This document shows positions 11,350 through 22,968 of a stretch of DNA of 64,000 bases, piece after piece. The notes beneath the pieces are model-generated. The model was not told the origin of the DNA. It did no database searches and saw nothing but the letters and a program-made list of their open reading frames with translations. A program made the translations under genes and the position numbers. Location of the stretch: NCBI GenBank assembly GCA_963693365.1, contig CAVNZM010000002.1:1240001-1304000 (forward strand), read 5' to 3'. This DNA is from Amoebidium appalachense (Eukaryota; Protista; Ichthyosporea). Numbering within the stretch: position 1 is the first letter of the stretch; every line of letters begins with the position of its first letter.

Positions 11350-12793
11350 GGAGGGGGAGCACTTGCATCTTGATTGGTGCCGGGCACAATGTAGCCGGTC
11401 TTCAAAAAGCTGCGAATACTGCTGACCAGAATGGATTTGACTGTGGTGAGGCCTGTGCGGATGGCAGTGACCTGGGCCTTCTCGTCAGTCTTGCGCTGAG
11501 CGTTGTTCAGCGCCAGACACCAATCATCCTTGGCATCCTGGCAGATGCGGTTGTAGTTCTTGCGGTCGAGCATCTTGTAGACCTCGAGGACAGCAAAGGC
11601 CAAATCCCCGTCGTTGGCCGTGTTGATGAAGGGGGACTCCAGCAGCAACCGCTGATAGAGAATGCCAGTCTTGGAAGTGGATTTGACCACGGCCGACTGT
11701 CAGGAAAAAAACACGTGTTAGGGGCAATACTTGTTCAAAGTCTGCATCTGAATATATCTCTGACATTGAACAGTGAAACAAGTGTCTAACAGATATCATT
11801 CACGTGGAACATGTACATATCATATAAATAATATGTTCAAGTTAACTAGATGTCGGCAAGACATCCTTTGGATAGGATGGGATGCTTCATATGTTTCATC
11901 GACGAAAAATCACAAAACCAAAGCACCACAAGAAGAATGTGCATGTAATGAAGACTGAGGGGCAGGGGGAGTATTTGGGGTGGACTTCTTAAATTTCGAC
12001 GGATGACAAAACCAAAACACACATCCAGAACACGGGAATGCATGAAGCCACACGACGGATCAGCCACGTTGATCAATCAAGGAGATGTTAACTAACACGG
12101 CAAAGCAGCAAAGCAGAGCTTTGGATTTTTGTTTTGGAAAGACGGAGGAGGGCAAAAATGTTTCACTTCTAAAGTGGTGTGATGGGTGCACCTACGATAT
12201 GATCATATCCCTCCTTGGGGGTCAGCATGGTGACGCCGTTCTTCTTCGGGGAGGGATTTGATCTTGCCGCCTCCTCAGCGCGGTCCTTGTCGGTCATGGG
12301 AAACGGGGGCATACCATGTTCAGCGGTCAGGGCCGCGCGCATTTCCCGGCGGCTAACCTGCGACAACATCGCGAGATGGGACCGGTGGGTTGCCCTGGGG
12401 TACCGAGTTTTGAGGATGAGGACCAGGTAGGAAACCTCGAGCGGGTCAGTGGGCATGATAGCCATGCCGTCGCCCCTGGGTGGTCTGGCATCGGCAACGT
12501 CCCTCGAATCATTTGCGTCTTCGCCGCTCTCGCTATCCTCAGGCTCACACGTTTCAGAAACCACTGCAGGGGGGGGGGGGAAATGATATTTGAGTTAGAC
12601 CAGGGGCCAAAAAAGTTCATATGTAAAGTACCATACCTTCTTTGCATAATAGACATATAATAAAGATATCAACATTATATCATTAACCCATAAAACAGGC
12701 AACTAAACGTGCAAAGGCGTGTTGTGCCGTCAACATAACTGCCAAAAAAAAAACTGCATGGCAATGAGTTGTGTGTGTGTGTGTGTGTGTGTG

Positions 12794-12827
<34 letters not shown>

Positions 12828-13310
12828 TGAACCGGAAGCAATTGGGGTTCTAAGCCGACCAACAGATTGAAAGGCAGCCACCATCTTATCCACGTTGGGA
12901 ATAAAATGAGCGCGACAGTCACACGCAGGATATGAAGCAAGCTGGTCAATCCATCGAAACGTGGCCGTGTTCACCGCTAGCGCAACGTTGGGACCCAACT
13001 GAAAACCATAATGGAGAGCACCTGGCGTGGTCTGAACCAAATCACCAGCACGTTGAACAACAACAACTGGGGCCAACCCTATGGATGCCAGAAAGAGGGG
13101 GGAGCGAGGAAGATAGTTCTTGTGTTGTAAAGGATTGGCACACGATCCAGGTATTCCCTTCTTTGCAAGCGCGAGAAGTTGCTTGTACTGTGCTGGAGGA
13201 TGAATAAACCAAATCTTCAGCCCCCACAAGAGCAGGCTGGCGGATGCAAGTGCAGCATCTTCAATGTGTGCCCCAAAAAAGGTCAGGCCCAAAACCGTTA
13301 ACTGCGCATA
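5302..13310 (-). CDS. Putative multi-exon cargo gene: KDM4-like JmjC exon followed by unrecognised exons; probably 5'-truncated
   Basis: Candidate exons 13310-12860, 12563-12196, 11696-11367, 10832-10623, 9008-8813, 5662-5302 with YAG acceptors. First four join in phase (one GC-AG intron); exon 4 to 5 is out of phase; last exon has a 1-nt frameshift. Confidence 0.55.
5885..8578 (+). mobile_element. Non-autonomous, internally deleted LTR retrotransposon related to Gypsy-1
   Basis: 605-bp LTRs TGTCA...CGACA at 5885-6489 and 7974-8578, apparently identical; PPT GAGGGGGGAGT at ~7963-7973; inserted in a G-run; no pol. Confidence 0.92.
6603..7015 (+). pseudogene. Degenerate gag remnant
   Basis: ATG 6603 gives MSGFDLGLFRQLEVEETYAHT...DLDLPR*LSKLRA, similar to Gypsy-1 Gag MAKFNVDMFYALAAEDSSLHT...DSEIPRWLRTLLA (W codon replaced by TGA at 6762). 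Confidence 0.65.
9133..10289 (-). mobile_element. 5'-truncated non-LTR retrotransposon copy (family A) with 18-bp TSD
   Basis: TTAAGAGGATATCCATAT at 9115-9132 and 10290-10307; ORF 9514-10200 with WRSN...C...FNRSC...C...TLDFILN C-terminus; near-identical to 30802-31843. Confidence 0.85.
12860..13310 (-). CDS. JmjC domain, KDM4/JMJD2-like histone demethylase
   Basis: FGAHIED, GLKIWF, CANPLQHK, VQRAGDLVQTTPGALHYGFQLGPNVALAVNTATFRWI, ACDC align colinearly with KDM4 [56 protein letters not shown], CSC. Confidence 0.9.
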
Positions 13311-13580
13311 CACTGGGGCGTGTCTGTCACTTCAAATATTTTCTAAGACAAATATTTTCTAAGACAAATATTTTTAAAGACATGTCCTCGGGACATGTCT
13401 TCACACAATTTATTCGAACTACGAAAACACACAAAATAAATACACAGACACACACAAAATAATAATAATAATAATAAAAATAATAAAAAGCTCTGTTACT
13501 TTTTCTCTTCACACACACACACACAAAAAAAAAGAAAAAAAGAAAAAAAAAAGAAAAGTCACTCTTTTGTGTGTGTGTGT
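13311..13580 (+). repeat. ~280-bp direct repeat, copy 2, abutting the JmjC 5' end
   Basis: Matches 4920-5225 with small indels. Confidence 0.9.
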
Positions 13581-13842
13581 GGGGGGGGGGGGGGGGGGGA
13601 AGGAGTATAAAAGAGCAGCAACGAACATAAACAAAACTCAAAACAAGCAAACTATTATGCGGGTTTCTAAGAAGCTCCCAACATCATTAAACTAAACACA
13701 TGCTAATCCCTTGACAGAAGAGTAACAAGGTGTGTGTGTATGGGTATGAGGCCCAAAAAAAAAAAAAAGGACGCCCAACATGACAATATAAGGGGGGCAC
13801 TCTTACACCAAACCATACCATACCAAATGCCGGCAGAGTAAT

Positions 13843-14085
13843 TAACAGGACAAAGAGCCGGTACCCACCTATGGGTGCTAAACATGCACATGATCATTCA
13901 TGTGCTATAAGAGCAACACAGAAACGAAACACGGAAACAACAGCAGCCATAGGACAAAGAACCAGACCCACAGGGTCTTGCCTCCATACTTTATTTACCT
14001 TAACAGGACAAAGAGCCGGTACCCACCTATGAAACGAAAAACGGAAACAACAGCAGCCATAGGACAAAGAGCCGGTACCCACCTC
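13843..14085. repeat. Interleaved short direct repeats
   Basis: AGGACAAAGAGCCGGTACCCACCT x3; ACGGAAACAACAGCAGCCATAGGACAAAGA x2. Confidence 0.8.
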
Positions 14086-14197
14086 TAGATGATAACGTAG
14101 CCTTATAGCTGCTGATGACTTCATGGGCCAACCTTGCCAAAACCTGTAAAGGAACTCGAGCTAAGAATTAGCTCATCCTACTTGCGAGAAGTGGGGG

Positions 14198-14231
<34 letters not shown>

Positions 14232-14629
14232 CTGACTGAGAGTGGCAAAAAAAGAGTCGACAGAACCAACCTTAAACATAGTAAGGACGGAAACCCGGAC
14301 CAGAACTTATGAAGTCTAGAGAAGCAGAAAATAGCTTGAACGATCGGTGGAGGGGATGATAGCTATAGTGCTAACAGCAAAAGTAGTGCCCACAGTCGCT
14401 GGTTCATGAACGTGAAAGGCAACGTGCATCTGCAGCCAGCAGACACACGCACACGCACGCACGCACACACACATACACACACACACACACAGACACAGAC
14501 ACAGACCAGACAGACAAACGCCATATGCACAAAAGCAGGCAACACAAAACTAACCTTCAAGAAGAAGCTGCAGCATGCAGCATGGTCCAAAACAATCAGC
14601 ACGGTGGCTGCGCGATCTGCGGAGGGGAT

Positions 14630-14735
14630 CTGTGACCAGGCGCTGCGGGAAGGGAACTGCGACCAGGCGACCTGCGGGAAGGGACCTGCGACCAGGCGAC
14701 CTGCGGGAAAGGACCTGCGGACCTGCGGGAAGGGG
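14630..14735. repeat. ~29-bp minisatellite
   Basis: GCGACCAGGCGACCTGCGGGAAGGGACCT, 3-4 imperfect copies. Confidence 0.8.
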
Positions 14736-15631
14736 GAAGAGAAATGGAGAAAACAACGTGCGTACAGGCTTAAATGGAGAAAAAAATTGCAAACCGGATT
14801 GGGATTTAGCCAATCACTATTCGCCGCGCCTGATTAGGAAAAAGATAAAAATAGATTTCGGCTCGCGCGCGCGCGTGCATCAGCTTGGTGCCCTTAGCGC
14901 TACCCTTAGTGCCCTTAGTCACAACTATCAGACTATAGTTACGTGTCCTCCACTTCTTTGTTCTTGACCATTTTTTCGGCATGAAAGGGTTTCTGTTACT
15001 TCTTGCTGTCCTTCTTAGCGTGCTTGCTTGTCTTTTTTTCAACATGGGTGTCACTGGCGCTTTCGACTTCTTTGAAATCACACACACACCCACACACACA
15101 CGCGCGCACGCACACACACTCACACATGCACACTGCACACACACACACACACACACACACAGGCGCGCACACACAGGCACGCACACACACACAGGCGCAC
15201 ACCTACACAACACACACAGCACATGCACACACAAGCGCACACACGCACACACCCTGTTATCCCTGATCATGATGCCCCCTCCCCCCTCCCTCTTCCCCCC
15301 CGCGCACCCCCCCCCCCCCCCCCCCCCCCCACCCACCCCACCCACCCACCTACAAAGACGAAAACATTGTACATGTATTGCATACACAAATATACTCGCA
15401 CATATACATACACACATTCACTTTAATCTTTCAGGCTACATGTGCAATATACATTAATTATGCACAGTCGATAGAATTCGTTGTGAACCCCCCCCCCCCC
15501 CCCCCCTCCCCCCTCCTCGTTCCCCCCATATGCAATGGGGATAATATTGTTTCCCGCTATTAATTAAAAAATCACCGTTCTAACTTCTTAAGACCGAACC
15601 ACTTGTAACACCGACAGTTTCGGTTGTGTGG

Positions 15632-15687
<56 letters not shown>

Positions 15688-15797
15688 CCCACCCACCACC
15701 TTACCAATATTGAGGTGTACACTGCCCCCACATCCCCAACTGTGTGCTGAATATCCCGTGCTAGGAAACCAATAACGTGAAAGTAACACATGCCGCA

Positions 15798-17710
15798 TGT
15801 GGGTAGTTATTGAAAAAACCAATAATGTCTAGGTAACATACCGTATGATGTACATATACTATGCTACAAAGGGGGTTCTATACGAGCTACAACGTTGTGT
15901 TTTTTTCGTGTGACCCTCGTACTCCAGGGGCACATTCACCATCCCCCCCATAAACTTTGTGGTAAAGTTCTCGTGCTAGAAGCTGTTCTGTGGGTAGTTA
16001 TTGAAAAAACGAATAATGTCTAGGTAACACATGTACATATGCTATGCTACAAGGGGGGTTCTATTCGAGCTACAATGTTGTGTTTTTTTCGTGTGACCCT
16101 CGTACTCCAGGGGCACATTCACCATCCACCCCATAAACGTTGTGGTAAATCTCTCGTCCTAGAGGCTGTTCTGTGGGTAGTTATTGAAAAACCAATAATG
16201 TCTAGGTAACATATATATGTACATATACTATGCTACAAGGGGGGTTCTATACGAGCTACAACGTTGTGTTTTTTTCGTGTGACCCTCGTACTCCAGGGGC
16301 ACATTCACCATCCCCCCCATAAACGTTGTGGTAAAGCTCTCGTGCTAGAAGCTGTTCTGTGGGTAGTTATTGAAAAAACCAATAATGTCTAGGTAACATA
16401 CTATGTACATATACTATGCTACAAGGGGGGTTCTATACGAGCTACAACGTTGTGCTTTTTTCGTGTGACCCTCGTACTCCAGGGGCACATTCACCATCCC
16501 CCCCATACACGTTGTGGTAAAGCTCTCGTGCTAGAAGCTGTTCTGTGGGTAGTTATTGAAAAAACGAATAATGTCTAGGTAACACATGTACTTATACTAT
16601 GCTACAAGGGGGGTTCTATTCGAGCTACAATGTTGTGTTTTTTTCGTGTGACCCTCGTACTCCAGGGGCACATTCACCATCCACCCCATAAACTTTGTGG
16701 TAAATCTCTCGTGCTAGAGGCTGTTCTGTGGGTAGCTATTGAAAAACCAATAATGTCTAGGTAACATATGTACATATACTATGCTACAAGGGGGGTTCTA
16801 TACGAGCTACAACGTTGTGTTTTTTTCGTGTGACCCTCGTACTCCAGGGGCACATTCACCATCCCCCCCATAAACGTTGTGGTAAAGCTCTCGTGCTAGA
16901 AGCTGTTCTGTGGGTAGTTATTGAAAAAACCAATAATGTCTAGGTAACATACTATGTACATATACTATGCTACAAGGGGGGTTCTATACGAGCTACAACG
17001 TTGTGTTTTTTTCGTGTGACCCTTGTACTCCAGGGGCACATTCAACATCCCCCCCATACACGTTGTGGTAAATGTCTCGTGCTAGAAGCTGTTCTGTGGG
17101 TAGTTATTGAAACAACCAATAATGTCTAGGTAACACATGGACATATACTATGCTACAAGGGGGGTCTATTCGAGCTACAACATTGTGTTTTTTTCGTGTG
17201 ACCCTCGTACTCCAGGGGCACATTCACCATCTCCCCCATAAACTTTGTGGTAAATGTCTCGTGCTAGAAGCTGTTCTGTGGGTAGTTATTGAAAAAACCA
17301 ATAATGTCTAGGTAACATACTATGTACATATACTATGCTACAAGGGGGGTTCTATACGAGCTACAACGTTGTGTTTTTTTCGTGTGACCCTCGTACTCCA
17401 GGGGCACATTCACCATCCCCCCCATAAACTTTGTGGTAAAGCTCTCGTGCTAGAAGCTGTTCTGTGGGTAGTTATTGAAAAAACGAATAATGTCTAGGTA
17501 ACACATGTACTTATACTATGCTACAAGGGGGGTTCTATTCGAGCTACAAGGTTGTGTTTTTTTCGTGTGACCCTCGTACTCCAGGGGCACATTTACCATC
17601 CCCCCCATAAACGTTGTGGTAAATTTCTCGTGCTAGAGGCTGTTCTGTGGGTAGTTATTGAAAAACCAATAATGTCTAGGTAACATATGTACATATACTA
17701 TGCTACAAGG
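15798..17710. repeat. Tandem satellite, ~184-bp unit, ~10.4 copies
   Basis: TGTGGGTAGTTATTGAAAAA...GTGACCCTCGTACTCCAGGGGCACATTCACC...CTAGAAGCTGTTC repeated head to tail. Confidence 0.97.
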
Positions 17711-17821
17711 TGCTACAAGGGAGGAGATATTTTATGAACGGGAGAGTGAGCCGAGAATGTGTAGATAAAGAACAGAGGAATATCGAGGCAACCGTGGTGT
17801 ACCCTGTCTTTATGTGAACAC

Positions 17822-17853
<32 letters not shown>

Positions 17854-17916
17854 CTCGCGCGTTCGTGTCTACCGATGTACGTGCACACGGGCATGTGTTT
17901 GGGTGTGTGTATGTAC

Positions 17917-17974
<58 letters not shown>

Positions 17975-17987
17975 AGGTGCGCATGGT

Positions 17988-18080
<93 letters not shown>

Positions 18081-18113
18081 CAACGTGCCTGTGTGTGTGT
18101 GTGTGTGTGTGGC

Positions 18114-18154
<41 letters not shown>

Positions 18155-18399
18155 GGCAACGTGTCTGTCTGTGTGTGTGTATCTCTCTCTGTGTGTGTGT
18201 GTTTGTGTGTGTGTGTGTGGCAGCGTGCGTGTCTCGCTGTGTGTGTGTGTGTGTGTGTGTGTCATGATTGACGACATAGGTTCAGAAGAAGAGTGTGTAT
18301 CACTACGTTGCAGTTTTCACATACTTTGTAGTTCACGCGCGCGGAGGCATAATGTTAACGTGCGTTACCGGTTATAGAAAGCACAAGCGTAACTAGCGT

Positions 18400-20706
18400 T
18401 TTATATCATAAATAGTCATAAAATGGTAACGTTCATTATAACTACGATGCATGAGAATAGAATGATATCAACAATACATACATTAGATATCGTACGGATA
18501 TCTTGCGATATATCATCTGGTGTCCGGAGAATGTGCACGTGCCTGTGATGTGCACCCGCCCTAATGCAGTAAGGTATTGTTTTCAGGCGCTAATAAACCT
18601 TCAAAGGTGGTAACATCCTCGGAACACACAAAATATAAAATTGCAATAAATAACCATTTTCCTGCTTCGATGCTCGAAATTGGTACTATGTAGTTACTAG
18701 ATTGCTCTATTTTGCCTAGTGTTTAGTGTTTCGGACGTTCGCAATTTACACTCTGCCACATGGCACTTGCCAAATGGGGTAATTTAGTTTTATTTGCGGC
18801 CGTTGTGGTTGCGTGTTTATCTAACAAATATCATTATGAGATGTTTATGACCCCTGTGGGATATGTACAAGATCAGACCATAGAAGATCAGGTCGTTGCG
18901 ATGTCGTAAAGATGGCAGAAACATATCTTCATTAGATGTATGCGATAATCTCAATTAAACATGAAACGTGATTGGCTGATCACAGTTGGGTGACCCTGAG
19001 CATGCCGTTTTGAAGAATAACAACCAATCAAAATCGGGTTTGCCATTTTGTGATTTTCGTCCCACAATCGAACGGAAAAGTGATTTCCTGGCCCTATATA
19101 AATGGCCATGCCACCATCACATTCAGATGGCCGCAATGAGCCCCGCAATGCCCCGTGTGAGTAATTGGCGGGTTTCCCAACGATTGCTCAGCTGGCTTGA
19201 TCACAAAAATTTTCTTTGCGCGTATATCGCAACCATTCTCATCGGACATCTAATAGACATCTAAAGGATTTTTCGATTGTTCTTCTGATATCTTTCTAAT
19301 ATCCACAATGCTGCCGTTTAGATATCACATTGATGTACTTACAAAAGACACTGACCTTCTACTGCACGGATGTTCTTCTGATATCTTTCTAATATCCACA
19401 ATACTGCCGCTTAGATATCACTGGGATGGCAAGCTTATGTATCATATACTTATGAATTCGATATATAAATATATCCCTATGCGGATATCGCAATGATAAT
19501 CTAAGGGCCTCTAAAAGATATGTAGATGATACCTCGTGGACTACTGCTCTGGACAGATTAGGATATTCAAATGATAGGTTACAGCATATCACATTGATGT
19601 ACATAGCGACATCTTACCGATATCAATCACACAACTCACTAGTCTTTATTTAGATATATCAGGTACATATCCTTACGACGTGTACAAAGATATGAATTAG
19701 ATATCGTAGCTTGGGCCTGCAAAGAGGCAGTTGTGATATGTTTGAGATGTAGGACCAAAAACATATAACATATTGAATATAAAAGGGATATCAAAAAGAA
19801 TATCAAAAGGATACCCACAATGCTGCCGTTTTAGACAGAGCGGGATATTCAAATGATAAGTTACAGCATATCACATTGATGTACATAGGGGCATCTTACA
19901 CATACCAATCACATATATCACAAGTCTTTATTTAGATATATTTGGTACATATCCTTACGACCTGTACAATGATATGAATTAGATATCATATCTTGGGCCT
20001 GTGGACAAAGGGATATCCGAAAGGATATCAAAAGGATGTCTTCAACATGCCTACTGGTTGTGTACAAGGGTATCTTCTGGATTACCCCCATGGGCGCATA
20101 ACGATATCAAAAAAATGGTTGTAGGTACATCACAACGATGTCCAGACGATATCAAAACAACATCTGTATTATATTCAATTTATAAGCATACATGTTATCC
20201 ATCAGATATCACGTGGATATCAATTTGTATTGTCCCACGACATCAGGTAGATATCGTCATGTAATGCGTATTGGATGGGATTAAGATATTCTATAATGAG
20301 GGATATCTGTAGGCTATAATAACAAAGACATCTAACAGATATCGTTTGGGGCACCAATATCCTAAACGTATGTGAAACATATCCAAAAGAGCTATTATGA
20401 CCTTGCTAACATACATATCACTAGGATAGCATATGGATATCATAATGCTATGAGGAAATTTTGAGATTTTCGGTCAAAAACCAAAACCATCGTGGTTTTC
20501 TATGATATCGTAAGGATATCGTAAGGATATCAGCAAAGGATGGGTTTCGGATATGCGCCATACCATAACCAATCCGAACCCTATCAAAGATATCATTGAT
20601 AGGGATCTGATGGGTTCTATCCGGGAATTCTATGATATCTTGTCAGGCTCTTTTTGACGTATTTAGGGTGGGGTTTGGTATGCCATATATCAAAATGATA
20701 TATAAG
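18400..20706. repeat. Right subterminal region rich in GATATC, with local duplications
   Basis: Dense GATATC; duplications at ~19280-19330/19372-19420 and ~19560-19720/19842-20000. Confidence 0.6.
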
Positions 20707-20749
20707 ATGGGTTTCGGATGCCGGATGAAGTTTGCTGATAGCGGCTGTG

Positions 20750-21320
20750 AAAGCTGCTCGTCTATGTTAGGGAGAGGCCATTGGTCTGCCTTAGTGATCC
20801 GATTCAGAGCCCTGTAATCGTTCACTAGACGCCAAGACCCGTCGGGCTTCTTAACCAATAGCACCGGACTTCTCCACGGACTCGAACTATGCTCCACATG
20901 ACCCTTTTTTAACATATCACTCACTATTATTAGCGCATCCGACAATTTATACTGCTCCATTCTATAGCTAGGCATCACTACCGGCCTATTATCACCTGTG
21001 TCGATCTGCATTTCAAACCCTTTAACGAAGCCTACTTCGTTATCATCGGCCAGAAATGCAAACCGAGTCCTATCAAATAACTTAGCTAGCAATTTTTTCT
21101 GTTCTACCGTCCAATCCCCCTCCTTCATACCAAACGGCAATACTAACTCCGGGTTACCCCCATCACAAGTGGATGCATCCTTATTCACCGGAGTGCCACT
21201 TAACATTTCACCTCCTGTATTACATCGGTGCTGCTCGGGGTGAGGTTGAGGTACCTCCGGATATAGGCGGTCACCCTTAGCACCCCCCCTCCCCCCGGCA
21301 CACCAATGCCCCCGGGCCAT
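20750..21320 (-). CDS. Gypsy-1 pol: RT N-terminal part
   Basis: IDTGDNRPV, SSSPWRSPVLLVKKPDGSWRLVNDYRALNRITKADQWPLPNIDEQL. Confidence 0.95.
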
Positions 21321-22726
21321 TCCTGATGAGTTAGTGCATGTATGTGGGGGGCCAGGTCTGTGGCCACCCTGCCCCCCACGGTGTTGGTTAACCCGTCAGA
21401 TCCACAGGTTAGACCAACACCCTCCCCCCCTGCCTGCACATTCTCACACCCGGGGTGACCCTCCTTCCTCTTGGGGGTCGGGGGAGTGGGACCGGTGCTG
21501 TCCCGGTCCCCCCCCCCATCGTGTCGGGTGACATTTTGGTGGCTAACGTTAAATAAAGTTGTTCCCCCTCCTCCTGAGTCACCCTTCGAGCCGGCATCCT
21601 CCTTTTGGGTAATAAGAGAGACCTCTATACTACCAATCTCATTAGTGAAACTACCGACGGAAACACCTGACCTAATCACTATAGGCTCGATGCCCGGATT
21701 CACTAATTCTATTTCTATTGTCTTATCCGGCCATACCCTACTAAGAGTCCATTGAGCCACCTCCTGAAATGGGGTTTTCGGAGTAAAGACCCCTAAATCC
21801 CCTATCCTAACATGATTGCCGGCCCGGACACGTACCGTTTGGCACTGATAAGGCTCGATTACTACTTCAGCTACCGTTCTAGCACCAGACTGATAACCGT
21901 CGAGCCCATCATGGGTTTTAATTTTAACGCCGGACTGCAATTCTAAAACATTCGTACGTTCAAACAAAGCATTCACATGTCTACGGAAAAATGGGGCTCC
22001 CAACAAAACACTTTGAGCTAAATCCTTAACCACATAACAAGCAATATGCATAGCCTGGCCACCTATCTCACACGGCAACACACAAACACCTTCCACAGAC
22101 ATGCTACTATTATTAGCACTACCTAAGGCTGTGCTAGAAGCATCTAAAATAGGAATTTCCCCCCCGGCCTGATTAAAACGACGAATAAACGAAGCATGCA
22201 CACAATTAACCTGAGCCCCTCCATCAAGCAAAGCAACAGCCTTCAACTTACCATCAGCTAACCATACGTCTATATAATGCCGGCTAAAACCAACTAAATC
22301 CTCCTCCAATTCAAGCAACACATCATCACTCACACCCAATCCATGCCCACGAAGACTCACACCCTCGATACCTACGTGCAACATACCTACCTGTGGTGCC
22401 TGCACGGGTGGGGTGGGGTGTGTATGTGATGTGGGTGGTGGTGGAGTGTGTGTGTGTGGTGTGTGGGTGGGTGGTGTGTGTGTGTTTGGTGTATGTGTGG
22501 GTGTGTGTGTGGGTGTAGGTGTGTCTGCAACCGTCGTATGTTGTTGTGGTGGTGTGTTTCTACGTGTCTGTGCCTTCCCCCCCCTTCCCCCTTTACTCGT
22601 GTGTGTCCCCCCCCTCCCGGAAACAATGGCACAGAAACCCCCTCCGGTGTGGTTAGAACAAACACCGGGTTGGGACAAGAAACACTGAGACCATCCACTT
22701 GTGGCTGGGGAACCTCCCCCAACCAC
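21200..22726 (-). CDS. Gypsy-1 aspartic protease plus spacer (possibly dUTPase-like fold)
   Basis: ALLDGGAQVNCV and VLLGAPFF motifs. Confidence 0.85.
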   Translation of the reverse strand: MVGGGSPATSGWSQCFLSQPGVCSNHTGGGFCAIVSGRGGTHTSKGGRGGKAQTRRNTPPQQHTTVADTPTPTHTPTHTPNTHTPPTHTPHTHTPPPPTSHTHPTPPVQAPQVGMLHVGIEGVSLRGHGLGVSDDVLLELEEDLVGFSRHYIDVWLADGKLKAVALLDGGAQVNCVHASFIRRFNQAGGEIPILDASSTALGSANNSSMSVEGVCVLPCEIGGQAMHIACYVVKDLAQSVLLGAPFFRRHVNALFERTNVLELQSGVKIKTHDGLDGYQSGARTVAEVVIEPYQCQTVRVRAGNHVRIGDLGVFTPKTPFQEVAQWTLSRVWPDKTIEIELVNPGIEPIVIRSGVSVGSFTNEIGSIEVSLITQKEDAGSKGDSGGGGTTLFNVSHQNVTRHDGGGDRDSTGPTPPTPKRKEGHPGCENVQAGGEGVGLTCGSDGLTNTVGGRVATDLAPHIHALTHQEWPGGIGVPGGGGVLRVTAYIRRYLNLTPSSTDVIQEVKC

Positions 22727-22968
22727 AAAACATTCACACCATTCATACCTTTGGTAGAGTCACCCCACAAACATTCATGCCATACCACCTCGACGCTGTC
22801 TTGAGGACCCACGACGATGCCCGGCTCCCACACGTATCGGGGCGGTGAGGGGGCAAAGGGAAGCTTAACCTGGGGTGGGGGAGGGTGAAGGTTCTCTGCA
22901 ACCTGGGGGGGACCGATACTGTCCCCCCCCCCTCCCTCAGTGACCCCAGCTTCCCCCTCCCCCGGAAC

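Larger units (their letters stand above)
3699..20749. mobile_element. ~17-kb TIR DNA element (CACAG terminus, CMC/EnSpm-like), no recognisable transposase, with cargo
   Basis: Perfect 33-bp inverted repeat ATCAGCAAACTTCATCCGGCATCCGAAACCCAT at 3729-3761 and 20707-20739; right end reads CACAGCCGCT inward; removing it rejoins RT (LPNIDEQL / ALHGYTHFAKLDL). The outermost left end is a GCC-rich tract, so no TSD is readable. Confidence 0.85.

Noticed and set aside
14945-15075. Lys-rich exon or transposase remnant
   Set aside because: Short, contains a stop, no recognisable motif.
15798-17710. CRISPR-like array
   Set aside because: Whole units are near-identical with no unique spacers; eukaryotic context; no cas genes.
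17700-18380. HT/CV/poly-P/poly-G ORFs here and across 45.8-56.7 kb
   Set aside because: Translations of microsatellites and homopolymers.
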